Source of the DNA: Candidatus Bathyarchaeia archaeon
GTDB lineage: Archaea > Thermoproteota > Bathyarchaeia > Bathyarchaeales > Bathycorpusculaceae
Assembly (NCBI GenBank): GCA_049516875.1
Contig: JBEKSS010000001.1
Span: 160,001 to 224,000 of the forward strand
Direction: 5' to 3'
Length of the DNA: 64,000 nt
In this document: positions 1 to 10,302 of the stretch, piece after piece
Numbering within the stretch: the first letter of the stretch is position 1
Layout: every line of letters begins with the position of its first letter
Position numbers and translations under genes: made by a program
The notes under the pieces: generated by a model
Told to the model about the DNA's origin: nothing
The model's database searches: none
What the model saw: the letters and a program-made list of their open reading frames with translations, nothing else

Positions 1-2
1 TT

Positions 3-920
3 CTAAAACGAGGCGTGATCCCGGACGTTCTCACCGACCAGACCAGTGCGCATGATTCTTTGAACGGTTATTATCCAGCTGGCCTGAGCAAAGAAGAGGC
101 GGATGAACTGAGAAAAAGCGACCCCAAGGAATACTGCCGCCAGGCCAGCAGAAGCATGCGTTTGGAAGTTGAGACCATGGTCAAGATGATGCAGAAAGGT
201 GCTGTGACTTTTGATTATGGCAACAATCTGCGAGAACAGGCTCACAACGCTGGATTTAAGGAGGCTTACGCTTATCCAGGTTTTGTGCAGCGATATATCA
301 GACCGATGTTCTGTGAAGGAAAGGGACCGTTTCGCTGGACTTCGCTTGTGGGCAACGAAAATGACATTTACAAGCTGGACGACGTGATTTTGAGAGATTT
401 TGCATATAACAAAGAACTTTGCCGCTGGATAATGAAAGCCAAGGAAAAGGTGAAGTTCCAAGGTCTACCTGCAAGAGTCTGTTGGCTTGGCTTCGGGGAA
501 CGAGCAAGATTTGGAAAAACAATCAACCACATGGTTGCCAACGGCAGCCTTTCTGGACCAATTTGGATCGGCAGAGACCATTTGGACGGTGGAAGTGTTG
601 CTTCACCCAACCGCGAGACCGAGGGCATGAAAGATGGTAGCGACGCGATTGCCGATTGGCCTATACTCAATGCTCTAATAAACGCTGTTGGAGGGGCCAC
701 ATGGGTCAGCGTGCACCACGGCGGAGGCGTCGGCATAGGCTACAGTATTCACGCCGGAATGTGCTTGGTAGCTGATGGAACCAAAGAAATGGAAAGTCGA
801 ATAGTAACAGTGTTGACAACAGATCCTGGAATGGCAATAGTCAGACATGCAGATGCTGGCTACGAGAAGGCCATGCGAATCGCAAAAGAGAAGAATGTGA
901 AAATGCCTATGTTGAAATAG
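3..920 (+). CDS. hutU: urocanate hydratase (5'-truncated by window edge)
   Basis: Motifs [48 protein letters not shown]; the frame is open to the window start. Confidence 0.97.
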   Translation, partial: LKRGVIPDVLTDQTSAHDSLNGYYPAGLSKEEADELRKSDPKEYCRQASRSMRLEVETMVKMMQKGAVTFDYGNNLREQAHNAGFKEAYAYPGFVQRYIRPMFCEGKGPFRWTSLVGNENDIYKLDDVILRDFAYNKELCRWIMKAKEKVKFQGLPARVCWLGFGERARFGKTINHMVANGSLSGPIWIGRDHLDGGSVASPNRETEGMKDGSDAIADWPILNALINAVGGATWVSVHHGGGVGIGYSIHAGMCLVADGTKEMESRIVTVLTTDPGMAIVRHADAGYEKAMRIAKEKNVKMPMLK

Positions 921-988
921 GAGCATTCAATACGGAATACGTTGCTGCTTGCGCCACCTGTTGCGACATCTGCGAAGTGAACAAAAAA

Positions 989-2059
989 CTAGGTTGTGCT
1001 TGCCTTGACGATTTTGTATCCAGAAGCTTTGCGTAACCTGTTCATAACCGCCAGCCCAAGTCCTTCAAGAGGTACACCCTCAGCAACTATAACATCGACT
1101 CGTTCCGAATCAAACTCCCTCAGATGAGCAAACAAGTTTCTGGCAACACTTGCCAAGTTGCTTCTGCTTCCAAGAGACTTCACGACATCGGCATAATAAC
1201 AGCTTACGGTTTCGTCCGTACATAAAACCCCCACTTTTCTTCCTCTTCTCGTATAATACACTGCCAACTCGTTTACCTTGACGACCACGGCGGACAATTC
1301 GCCTTCAACAACGATCACATTAGCATTGGGCGCATAGTGCTTATGCTTGAGCCCCGGTGAACGAACCTTCTCAACCGGCATAGGTTTCTCAGCCGTCACC
1401 GCGGGATTGAGCTCCACCTTACCAAGAGCCCCTTTCAATGCCTCAAATGGCGTTCCACCTGGACGTAAAACCTGCGGGGGATCAACTGTTACGTCTAGAA
1501 CAGTAGACTCAACGCCGATAACCGTTGGACCGGCATCCAACACTGCATCAATCCTTCCATCCAAATCGTCCAAAACGTGTTTCGCCGTTGTCGGGCTCGG
1601 TTTGCCAGCAAGGTTCGCGCTCGGCGCAGAAATTGGACACTTGCTCTCGCCAATTAGTGCCAAAGCGACATTGTGTCTAGGCATCCTCACCGCTATTGTG
1701 TCCAAGCCCGCCACAGTCACAGCGGGTACAATCCTTGAACGTTTGAAAATCAAAGTCAAGGGCCCTGGCCAAAATACCGCCATCAGCCTCTCAGCTCTTG
1801 TAGGAATCTCTTCGGCCAGTCTGTAGACATCCTTTATGTCGCAAACATGCACAATCGGCGGGTTGTCTAACGGACGTTTCTTCGCCTCAAAAAGTGCCAA
1901 GACCGCCTTTGCATTCAAAGCATCGGCCCCCAAGCCATACACAGTTTCTGTGGGAAAAGCTACCAAACCGCCTGTCCTGATGAACTTCGCTGCAACGCGG
2001 ACTTTCTCGATTTCGGGGGCCTGCGGATCGACCTTTAACAACACCGTTTTCTTCATCAA
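989..2059 (-). CDS. sua5: threonylcarbamoyl-AMP synthase Sua5 (YrdC + SUA5 domains)
   Basis: VAFPTETVYGLGA, KKRPLDNPPIVH, APSANLAGKPSPT, SPGLKHKHYAP. Confidence 0.96.
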   Translation of the reverse strand: MMKKTVLLKVDPQAPEIEKVRVAAKFIRTGGLVAFPTETVYGLGADALNAKAVLALFEAKKRPLDNPPIVHVCDIKDVYRLAEEIPTRAERLMAVFWPGPLTLIFKRSRIVPAVTVAGLDTIAVRMPRHNVALALIGESKCPISAPSANLAGKPSPTTAKHVLDDLDGRIDAVLDAGPTVIGVESTVLDVTVDPPQVLRPGGTPFEALKGALGKVELNPAVTAEKPMPVEKVRSPGLKHKHYAPNANVIVVEGELSAVVVKVNELAVYYTRRGRKVGVLCTDETVSCYYADVVKSLGSRSNLASVARNLFAHLREFDSERVDVIVAEGVPLEGLGLAVMNRLRKASGYKIVKASTT

Positions 2060-2129
2060 ACAAGGGTAGAATAATATCTTAGCATTTAAACCTCGTCAAG
2101 ATGGAACACGAAGAGACGTAGAAATATGC

Positions 2130-2636
2130 TCAGACAACGTAACGGTCAATGATTTTCTTCATGCTCTTCGGTGCAGCTTGTTTAGCGGCAAGCTGTTTCA
2201 ATATTGATATCACTTGAGGTTGAAAACGAGCAATATCCGTCAGACTCACGAGCCCCACCAGCCGCTTTCCTTCAACCACAGGCAACTTCTTGATTTTCAT
2301 CTGAAACATCAACTTCACTGCTTCACCCAAATCCATGTTTGGCTCAGCAACAACCAAGGGACTGGTCATTGCATCTTTCACCTTTGTCTTGACCGCATCC
2401 TTCCCGCCTGCAACAATCCGCTTCAGAATGTCTCTTTCAGTCAATATCCCCATGGCCTTCCCCTTTCTGACGGCAATCAAGCAGCCTATTTCAAACTTGT
2501 TCATAACATCGGCAGCTTCTTTAACCGTCACGTTATCATCTATTGTCACTACTTCCTTTACCATCACGTCCTCAACTCTTAACGTTACCTCGCCCTCTTT
2601 CTCCTTAACTTCATCTTTCGACAACTGAACCACCAA
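2130..2636 (-). CDS. CBS-domain pair protein
   Basis: Two CBS repeats (VEDVMVKEVVTI...GILTERDI; LPVVEGKRLVGLVSLTDI). Confidence 0.9.
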   Translation of the reverse strand: MVVQLSKDEVKEKEGEVTLRVEDVMVKEVVTIDDNVTVKEAADVMNKFEIGCLIAVRKGKAMGILTERDILKRIVAGGKDAVKTKVKDAMTSPLVVAEPNMDLGEAVKLMFQMKIKKLPVVEGKRLVGLVSLTDIARFQPQVISILKQLAAKQAAPKSMKKIIDRYVV

Positions 2637-2689
2637 ATCTCGTATCAGTTATTCACACAAATATATAAACTCTGCACAACTTTCTAACC

Positions 2690-4030
2690 TTAGAGACCAT
2701 GCAGCCTGCCTGTGAGCGCTTCTGTCCGCTTCCCAACCGAGATTTTTGCCCTCTCGAATTTTTCCTTAGGCTTGGCAAACGGTCTCGTTGCGTCAACGCC
2801 AACTTTTGTTGTCAGACCTGTTTCCTGATCTGCGGATGAATCCAAGGTTGATCCGCGCACGTTATTGACAACAACTAGGTCTTTACTAGCCTGGAAACGG
2901 GTCGCAATAGCCCACTCAACACTGGAAATGTCAAACACATCGATGTCGGGATCCACAACAACTGCGTGCTTCAGGCTGGGATGAGCGGCAAAAGCTGCCA
3001 TCAAAACATTCTTTCCATCGCCATCAAGTTGCTTTTCAACAGAAATCACTGCGTGCAGCCATCCACTTCCACCAACAGAAAGATTAACCGCATGGACTTT
3101 GGGGACGACCTTTGAAACCGCTTCCCAGATGAACACCTCATGCGGCACTCCCATCAGAAGCCTGTGCTCCGCCCCGGACGGCAAAAGCCCATGATAAATG
3201 TAATCTATCCGCTGCATAACACCAACAACGGCCACGATTGGCTGTTTCCTCTGCGCATCATACGTTCCCGTGATATCCACGAAAGGCCCCTCAACCGCCT
3301 CTTTCGTCGCCGAAATCCTTCCTTCCAGCACAAGTTCCGCACCAGCAGGAGAGCAGGCATCCACATTTTCACACTCAACCAGGCTAAGACCACCATCCAT
3401 CAAAGCATTTGCAACGTCAAACTCGCACACGTCGAATGGGACAGGAGAGGCAGCAGCCAGCAAAACCGCAGGATGCACGCCGATAGAAATCGCCACATCA
3501 AGATCCTTCCCCGCTTCTTTCGCTTTCCGCCACAACTGAAAAAGATGTCTTGGAACTAAACGAATCGCCAGATGATTCTTATCCAAGACTTGAAGGCGAT
3601 GCACCGAAACATTCTCGATTTTTCCATCAACACTTTTCGCGTGAACAACGGCTGAAGTGATGTACGGGGCTGCATCTTTTTCGAAGTGTGTCAAAATCGG
3701 GATAGTTGACAAGTCAACAATTCTCATCTTTTTCGCGGCGCCGTCTTCGACTACCTTCGCTTTCTTCGGCCAGTGCCATGCTTTGATCAATTTTTCGTAG
3801 AGCTCATCTTGGCCAACGTCAAGTGCCCTGCACATCCTCCTTCGCGTTCCACAAACGTTAGTGGCGACCTTTCTTTCACTGCCTTTTATTCGTTCGAAGA
3901 GTAGAATTGGACCCTCGTTGTCAAAGCTTTTCGAAACATAGGAGATTTCAAAACGGGGGGAGACCTCCGCCTTCACGTGCAGAACATCTTTCTCCTTTTC
4001 TGATATTTCAAGGAAGTCTCTGAGGCTCAC
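2690..4030 (-). CDS. UbiD-family prFMN-dependent decarboxylase (possibly anhydromevalonate phosphate decarboxylase)
   Basis: ENVSVHRLQV, EGPFVDITGTYD, VVVDPDIDVFD, VEWAIATRFQ, KVGVDATRP. Confidence 0.9.
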   Translation of the reverse strand: MSLRDFLEISEKEKDVLHVKAEVSPRFEISYVSKSFDNEGPILLFERIKGSERKVATNVCGTRRRMCRALDVGQDELYEKLIKAWHWPKKAKVVEDGAAKKMRIVDLSTIPILTHFEKDAAPYITSAVVHAKSVDGKIENVSVHRLQVLDKNHLAIRLVPRHLFQLWRKAKEAGKDLDVAISIGVHPAVLLAAASPVPFDVCEFDVANALMDGGLSLVECENVDACSPAGAELVLEGRISATKEAVEGPFVDITGTYDAQRKQPIVAVVGVMQRIDYIYHGLLPSGAEHRLLMGVPHEVFIWEAVSKVVPKVHAVNLSVGGSGWLHAVISVEKQLDGDGKNVLMAAFAAHPSLKHAVVVDPDIDVFDISSVEWAIATRFQASKDLVVVNNVRGSTLDSSADQETGLTTKVGVDATRPFAKPKEKFERAKISVGKRTEALTGRLHGL

Positions 4031-4398
4031 GCCGTCACTCCCTCCTTCTGCGGCTCGTCATGAGAAACCCTTTCTACTAGTCTTTTTAAGACTGACTGTG
4101 CTTGTCTTTCATCCATCGATTCCAAGTAAACAGAAACGAGTGCTATCTTCCCTTTTCTCGCGGCCAAATACTCGGCAAACATTCGGGCTGAAGTTGCGTT
4201 TTTATCGCCGACAAGAATCGATGAAGATGGAGGCCCAAGCAAGTCTTTAGGTCTTGGAACGGCAATTGCTAGTGTTCCAAGTTTGTCTTCTCTTTCGCTC
4301 AGCAGAGCCAAACATGAATTCTTGGCCTCCATGTAAACTACAAGGAAATGCCTGTCCTGTTCAGTTATTTCATCTTTCACGACCCGTGCGCGTTCCAT
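4027..4398 (-). CDS. proteasome assembly chaperone 4 (PAC4/PSMG4)-like protein
   Basis: LGTLAIAVP...SSSILVGD...AEYLAARKGKIALVSVYL resembles the PAC4 core as recalled; overlaps the ubiD start; ATG at 4398 chosen. Confidence 0.6.
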   Translation of the reverse strand: MERARVVKDEITEQDRHFLVVYMEAKNSCLALLSEREDKLGTLAIAVPRPKDLLGPPSSSILVGDKNATSARMFAEYLAARKGKIALVSVYLESMDERQAQSVLKRLVERVSHDEPQKEGVTA

Positions 4399-4470
4399 GG
4401 TTAATCTCCATTGCTTATTAGTAGCTTCATGCATTCACTATTTATCACTTTCAAAGGCTGAAGCAGCCAG

Positions 4471-5133
4471 ATGACGGACAACCGCCTGAAGAAGATTTTG
4501 GAGGTGCTTCGAAAAATCTTCATCATGCCAAAGTGGATAGCGTCGAGTGAAGACCCTTTTGAAACATTGATCGTTACGATAATCTCGCAGAATACAGCCG
4601 ACAGAAACACTGCAAGGGCTTTCGAAAACCTTTCGAAAAAGTTCAAGATAACCCCCGAAGCACTTACGAAGGCTAAGGAAAAGGACATTGAAGAATGCTT
4701 GAAAGTTGCAGGTTTGTACAGGAACAAGGCCAAAACAATAAAGCGCGTTTCAAAAACGATTCTCGAAAGATACCAAGGAGACTTGAAATCCATTCTGTCA
4801 CCGCCAATTGAAGAAGCTAGAGAGACGCTCATGCAGTTTCCAGGCGTCGGACCCAAAACAGCAGACGTTGTGCTTCTCTTCTGCGCAAAACAGAACACCA
4901 TCCCCGTTGACACTCACGTTAACCGCGTTTCAAAACGGTTAGGCCTTGCCCCGGCAAAAGGAAACTACGAGGCAGTTCGCAGAGCACTACAGTCAATTTA
5001 TGATCCAAAAGATTATCTGGCAGTCCACGTTCTGCTGATTTTGCACGGCAGAAAATACTGCAAGGCAAGAGCCCCCATGTGCAAAGAATGCCCGATAAAC
5101 ATGTGCTGCCCCTCGAGGCAACCTCTGGAATAG
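4471..5133 (+). CDS. nth: endonuclease III (HhH-GPD, 4Fe-4S)
   Basis: PFETLIVTIISQNT, FPGVGPKTADVVL, VDTHVNRV, CKARAPMCKECPINMCC. Confidence 0.96.
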   Translation: MTDNRLKKILEVLRKIFIMPKWIASSEDPFETLIVTIISQNTADRNTARAFENLSKKFKITPEALTKAKEKDIEECLKVAGLYRNKAKTIKRVSKTILERYQGDLKSILSPPIEEARETLMQFPGVGPKTADVVLLFCAKQNTIPVDTHVNRVSKRLGLAPAKGNYEAVRRALQSIYDPKDYLAVHVLLILHGRKYCKARAPMCKECPINMCCPSRQPLE

Positions 5134-5135
5134 GA

Positions 5136-7066
5136 ATGACTGAGTTAGCCAGAAATATTGCAGACTTCTTTCCATATGCAGAAGTGAGACCGTTTCAAGA
5201 CCAGTTCATCAAGACTGTCTTCAGTGCAGTTGAAGAAGGTTGTTCGGTCGCGGTTGAAGGAAGCAACGGCCTTGGAAAACCATCGCAGCACTGTCGGCAT
5301 GCCTTCCAAAAGCCTTAGAGAAGAACTTGAAGATATTGTATGTTGCACGCGCACACCGCCAACACGACCGAGTTATCGAAGAACTGAAAAACATTTCAAG
5401 GAAAAAAAGCATCTCGCGTCTTTCAGTTCGTGGAAGACATGAAATGTGCCTAACCGGTTTGTGAGGGACAACGCACAAGACGCTAGAGCAGTCAGGGATA
5501 TCTGTGAACTTCTAAAGGCAAAAAACCGATGCCTATACTATCGAAACATTGAAGAGAAAAAAAAGCCAGTGTTCTCAAGTCCAACAGCACATCGTCTCTC
5601 AACCCCGCAGTGCATCAGAAATCCTAACAGTCTGTAGAAACAAAGGCTTCTGTCCATATGAACTAACAAAGACCTGCCTAGCAGACGTTAACGTGCTCGC
5701 ACTGAGCTACCTTTATGTCTTGGAGCCAGCAATACGCACTGCTTTCTTAAAGAACCTAGATGTTCCTCTGGACAAAACAATCCTAATCGTTGATGAGGCC
5801 CACAACCTTCCCTAAACAGCCCATGGAATTGCAAACAGTTCCCTGACCATGTTCGCCGTTAAACAGGCACAAGCCGAAGCAGAAGAGTTCAAACATAAAG
5901 ACATAGAGACATTCGCGAGAACAATCCAAAACGAAATTGCAGACATTGCGGAAAGAATCCAGAAAGAAGCGCGTGTTGCACCAGAGTCACTAGTCGAGCT
6001 TGTCCGAGAAAAGGGTGGTATAGACAACCCCCAGAGTTTTTTTGAATATTTGTGCGCAACTGGAAACACGATCAGGCGAAACCTGCTCGTCGATGGGAAA
6101 TTTCCACGATCCTCCATCCTTTCGGTAGGCAACTTTCTCATGAAATGGATGGAGACAGCTGAAGATGACTCTTTCATCAACGTCATCGCAAAGTACAAGT
6201 CCAAAAGAGGTGCAGACGCCGCAAGACTTGAGATAGTGGCCCTAGATCCCTCAAAGATAACGGAACCCATTTTCTCCGAAGCCTATTCAAACATTGCTTT
6301 GTCAGGAACACTTCAACCTCTAGAAGCATATATACAAATAACGAAGCTCCCAGAAAACACTGCGAAAAAAGTTGTATCCTCACCATTCCCAAAGGAACAT
6401 GTTCTGCCGCTTGTATGCTGCGACGTCACAACGGCAATGGAAAAACGAACAGCACAGATGTACCGTACAATAATAAACCACATAAAGGAGGTTGTTCAGA
6501 ACACTACTGGAAACACAGGAGTCTTCGCTGCCTCCTTTCAGGTTCTAGAAGCCCTGCGGGCAAGCAGAATGGATGAGAAGCTACAAAAACCGATCTTCTG
6601 CGAGCACAGGGCATGAGCTCCAAAGAAAACGAGAAAATGGTCGATGAATTCAAGGCATGTGCTCAGCGGGATGGCGCCGTACTTCTGGGAGTGCAAGGCG
6701 GCCGCTCGTCAGAGGGTGTGGATTTTCCAGGAGACGAAATGAATTCCGTGGTAATCGTGGGCATGCCCTATGCCGAACCAACTCCGAAAGTCAAGGCTCA
6801 GATTAGCTACTTTGAATAGCATTACCCTGGGCTTGGCCGCGAATATGGGTATGTTATTCCCGCGATGAAAAAGGCTTCTCAAGCTGCTGGCCGGCCTATT
6901 AGAACATTGGAAGATAAAGTGGCAATGGTTTTTCTTGACGATCGTTTCTCCGCGCCTTACTGTCGGCGATTCTTTCCTTTGTGGATACGCGAGAACTTAA
7001 ATTCTGCCAAAAGAAGAAGGAATAATATCACGGGAGCTTCGGCGTCTTTTCAGAAGAGTTTCTTGA
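5136..7066 (+). pseudogene. xpd: XPD/Rad3/DinG-family Fe-S helicase, disrupted
   Basis: Helicase motifs RPFQ, GSNGLGK, CPYE, IVDEAHNLP, SGTLQP, GRSSEGVDF, QAAGRPIR spread over several frames; about 5 frameshifts plus in-frame TAA 5813-5815 and TAG 6817-6819. Confidence 0.9.
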
Positions 7067-8366
7067 ACGACGCAAAATCTATTTGGTTTTCTTCCTCAAT
7101 TGTAGGGATTTCTTTCATGTTCTTGTCGAGCTTGACCTTTCCCAAGGCAAGCACGCAGATGTCTCTTGAAACAGGTGTTGATACCTTCACGCTTTTCCTC
7201 AGATAATCAATCTCCTGCAGGACGCCTACACCGAGAAACTTCCGTTTTGAATCGTACATGCCTGCAAGCAATCCTTCTTCTTCACCTTTCCGGGCTACGA
7301 CAACCTTCTTCTTCGTGTATTCCTCAACCTTCTTAACGTTGTCAGTATTGATCCAACGTCTTCTGCCAATGATTATGCAGACCCTGTCGCTTCGTTCGGA
7401 GAGTTGTAGAGGCTTCATCCCTAAGAGCCCGTAAATCTTGCTTGCCTGCCCAGCGTTCATGCGCGTTTTGCATATGTCGAACAGTTCATTTCCCTCAAAT
7501 TTCAACCAGCTTAACGAAAGCGACTGCACCTTTGCATTTCCTAGGTACTTTATGTAGCCGAGCTCGCGCAGGCTTCTGCGCTTTTCGATATCTCTTTGCC
7601 GTATAGCAGAAGGTGACTCAGCAACGACTTTCTTGAACTTTCCAAGTCCACTAATGAGAGGGGCAAGTTCATCTTTCTGTTGGATACAGAAAATAATATC
7701 CGGGTTAAGCTCCTCTATTAGCTGAATCTTGTAGTTTACAGCGCATTCTCCTTCGACCCAACCGTCCGTGTTTATCACCACAAATTCAGCGTTGCTGCCC
7801 AGAATCTCCTTTTTCAAGAAGGCCATAGCCGCGATTACTTTGTCCGTAACTTTGCTTGGCGACGTCTCCCCGACGAAGAAAGCGTTTTTCGCACGCAAGC
7901 TGAACAAATCAGTTATTGGCCGAGTGACGAAAGCGTAGGCGACTGTGGATGGCGGTCCTATGTCTGATTGACCCAAGTCTCCGTCCAAAACTGCCACTTT
8001 CCGCTTTTCACCCAACACTCTGTTTACCAAGTATGTGCAGAAGCTTGTTTTTCCAGAATCAACAGTGCCAAGCACAACTGCTGTAATAGGCTTTGCCTGT
8101 AAATTCAGGAACTCTTCGCATGATTGATTCCATGAAGGAGGAACTGTGTTTCCTTCAACCTCTTCTGCCGAAGCGGTGTCTCCCAACGCGATTTCGAAGG
8201 CAGCTGTTTCTTCCACTGCGAAAGGTAGTCTCTTGCCTTCTCTTATCACGACCTTGGTTGTCCCGCTAATCACTGAACCAAATGCTTCCACCTTTCCTGA
8301 GGTCACAGTGACGGACGCTGGTCCGTCAACCAGCAGAGTCGTTCCTTTTTTAACTGTCCGATTCAT
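7050..8366 (-). CDS. Clp1/Grc3/NOL9-family polynucleotide 5'-hydroxyl kinase
   Basis: Walker A GTVDSGKTS, LDGDLGQSDIGPP, VINTDGWV, RxxxR lid (RRSLRE). Confidence 0.88.
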   Translation of the reverse strand: MNRTVKKGTTLLVDGPASVTVTSGKVEAFGSVISGTTKVVIREGKRLPFAVEETAAFEIALGDTASAEEVEGNTVPPSWNQSCEEFLNLQAKPITAVVLGTVDSGKTSFCTYLVNRVLGEKRKVAVLDGDLGQSDIGPPSTVAYAFVTRPITDLFSLRAKNAFFVGETSPSKVTDKVIAAMAFLKKEILGSNAEFVVINTDGWVEGECAVNYKIQLIEELNPDIIFCIQQKDELAPLISGLGKFKKVVAESPSAIRQRDIEKRRSLRELGYIKYLGNAKVQSLSLSWLKFEGNELFDICKTRMNAGQASKIYGLLGMKPLQLSERSDRVCIIIGRRRWINTDNVKKVEEYTKKKVVVARKGEEEGLLAGMYDSKRKFLGVGVLQEIDYLRKSVKVSTPVSRDICVLALGKVKLDKNMKEIPTIEEENQIDFASFKKLF

Positions 8367-9000
8367 CTGTTTTTCTCCTTTGAAATCTGTATCCGCTCCT
8401 TCCAGCTATCTGTATGGCTGAAACAATATCTCTTAAACCTCTTCTATGTTTCGCTTCGCTTAGGCTACGATTTGTTCCAGTTTCACTGACGCTTTCCAGC
8501 GAAACGCTTAGGGGCAAAGCTTCGTCTAAGATGCGTAGCAACTTTTCTTTGCACTGCGGAACTCCGTCGCCTATTTTCACGGAAATAGATGCCACCTGGG
8601 TGCTTTCAAGGTTTCTTACAACATCCGCTATTTTGCCCAATGTTTCTTCGACACTGAAACAGTTTCCTGTTTCTACAACTTTTCCATCTGCCAGGACTGC
8701 CAATCCGAATACTTCACCAGGATCCACGCCTATTGTGATTTTCTCGAAGTTCTTTCCCTGGATGATTTTTAACGCCTCATTTATCAGCGCTTCCGGCCGC
8801 ATTCCCTCTTGGAAGATAAGTATTCTCTGATGCTTTATCAGAGGTTTCTCCTTCTCCGTGGTGATGACAACTTCAATTTCTATGGGAACTGGTTCATATG
8901 GAGTTAAACTCAGAAAAGGCGTGTTCTTCCTCTTCAATTCGTTCACAACCAAATAGTAGTCTTTCCCACAGACGGTCACGACAGCTATTTTCGCTTTCAT
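8350..9000 (-). CDS. conserved archaeal protein with RNase H-like (YqgF/RuvC-type) domain
   Basis: ITIGVDPGEVFGLAVL strand motif, VSETGTN, DIVSAIQIA; overlaps the kinase gene. Confidence 0.6.
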   Translation of the reverse strand: MKAKIAVVTVCGKDYYLVVNELKRKNTPFLSLTPYEPVPIEIEVVITTEKEKPLIKHQRILIFQEGMRPEALINEALKIIQGKNFEKITIGVDPGEVFGLAVLADGKVVETGNCFSVEETLGKIADVVRNLESTQVASISVKIGDGVPQCKEKLLRILDEALPLSVSLESVSETGTNRSLSEAKHRRGLRDIVSAIQIAGRSGYRFQRRKTDESDS

Positions 9001-9082
9001 ACAGGCAATCCTGTTTGTCAAGATGTTTGAACGCAAAGCAAATTATTGGTTTCGATGTTTATATCTGTTGACGTGTCCAAAC

Positions 9083-9781
9083 GTGCAGCGAAACATTCCG
9101 ACAGGTAGCAAAACAATCGACGAATCTTTAGGAGGAGGTATCCCACCTGAGAGCATCAGTCTCATCTATGGTGAGGCTGAGACTGGAAAAACCACTCTTG
9201 CAATGCAGTGCGCCGTGAACTGTGGAAAGCAGGGCCACAAAACCTTATTTGTCGATTGCGACGACACATTCTCAGTTCAGCGACTCATCCAGATCGCGTC
9301 TAAAAAGTTCGCAGAAATGGCAGAACTGATTGTCTTAGCGAAGCCTCACGACTTTCGCGAACAAGCAGCAATCATAGATCGGTTGGCAGAATACGCTACA
9401 AGCAACCTTGGACTCATTGTCATCGACACGTTCACGTCGCTATACCGCCTAAGAGTCTCAGAGTCCCCATCAAAAACGTTTGAATTAAATCGGGAACTGA
9501 ACAGACAATCAGCAGTCTTGGCTCAAACCGCCAAGATTAAGAAAATCGCAGTTCTGATAACAAGTCAAGTTCACAGCGTTCTGGACAATGTTCCAGTGAG
9601 CGTGGAGCCTGTTGCTACAAGGGTTTTGAAATTTTGGGTTGACACAATAATCGCATTAAGACCCACTGAAAATCCGCAGATAGTTGAAATGACTTTAGAA
9701 AAGAGTCCTCAAAAACTTCAACCGAAGACTCGCAACTTGAGGATTGAAGAGTCTGGAATGCACGATTATTCAGGTCACTAA
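9083..9781 (+). CDS. radB: RecA-family paralogue RadB
   Basis: IPTGSKTIDESLGGG, IYGEAETGKTT, LIVIDTFTSLYR, VLITSQV; GTG start at 9083 inferred. Confidence 0.85.
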   Translation: MQRNIPTGSKTIDESLGGGIPPESISLIYGEAETGKTTLAMQCAVNCGKQGHKTLFVDCDDTFSVQRLIQIASKKFAEMAELIVLAKPHDFREQAAIIDRLAEYATSNLGLIVIDTFTSLYRLRVSESPSKTFELNRELNRQSAVLAQTAKIKKIAVLITSQVHSVLDNVPVSVEPVATRVLKFWVDTIIALRPTENPQIVEMTLEKSPQKLQPKTRNLRIEESGMHDYSGH

Positions 9782-9794
9782 TGGAGTTGCAGAA

Positions 9795-10295
9795 ATGGAT
9801 ATAACAAATCTTATTGTCAAAGCAATTATTTTCATACTTCCAGCGTACTGTGCGAATGCTGCGCCGGTCATCGCTGGAGGAGGGTTGCCGATGGATTTAG
9901 GCAGAAGATTTGTTGACGGAAAGCCAATCTTTGGGAAAAACAAGACTTTCCGAGGTTTCTTTGTCGGTTTGGCCGTCGGCACCGGCGTCGGTCTTTCTGA
10001 AAGCGCGATTCTTAATTACCCCATCATGTTCGGCTTGTTGTTGTCGTTGGGTGCTCTGTTCGGTGACTTGGCAGGGGCTTTTCTGAAAAGGAGACTCGGA
10101 ATTTCTCCGGGAAATCTCTTGCCAGTCGTAGATCAAGTTGACTTCATAGTCGGCGCACTTGTTCTTTCGCTTCTGCTTTCTCCGCCCATGCTTTCTTGGG
10201 AACTTGCTTTCACGGTTCTGCTCATAACCCCGCCTATCCATCTGTTAACAAACTTTGCAGCTTATAAGTTGGGGTTGAAAAGTAATCCGTGGTGA
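9795..10295 (+). CDS. carS: CDP-archaeol synthase
   Basis: LPAYCANAAPV, PMDLG, GKNKTFRG, GDLAGAFLKRRLG, DQVDF, LGLKSNPW. Confidence 0.93.
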   Translation: MDITNLIVKAIIFILPAYCANAAPVIAGGGLPMDLGRRFVDGKPIFGKNKTFRGFFVGLAVGTGVGLSESAILNYPIMFGLLLSLGALFGDLAGAFLKRRLGISPGNLLPVVDQVDFIVGALVLSLLLSPPMLSWELAFTVLLITPPIHLLTNFAAYKLGLKSNPW

Positions 10296-10302
10296 ACGAT
10301 TG

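Noticed and set aside
6817-6819. In-frame TAG in xpd as possible pyrrolysine readthrough
   Set aside because: The same gene has a TAA stop and several frameshifts, and no pyl genes are in view; decay is simpler
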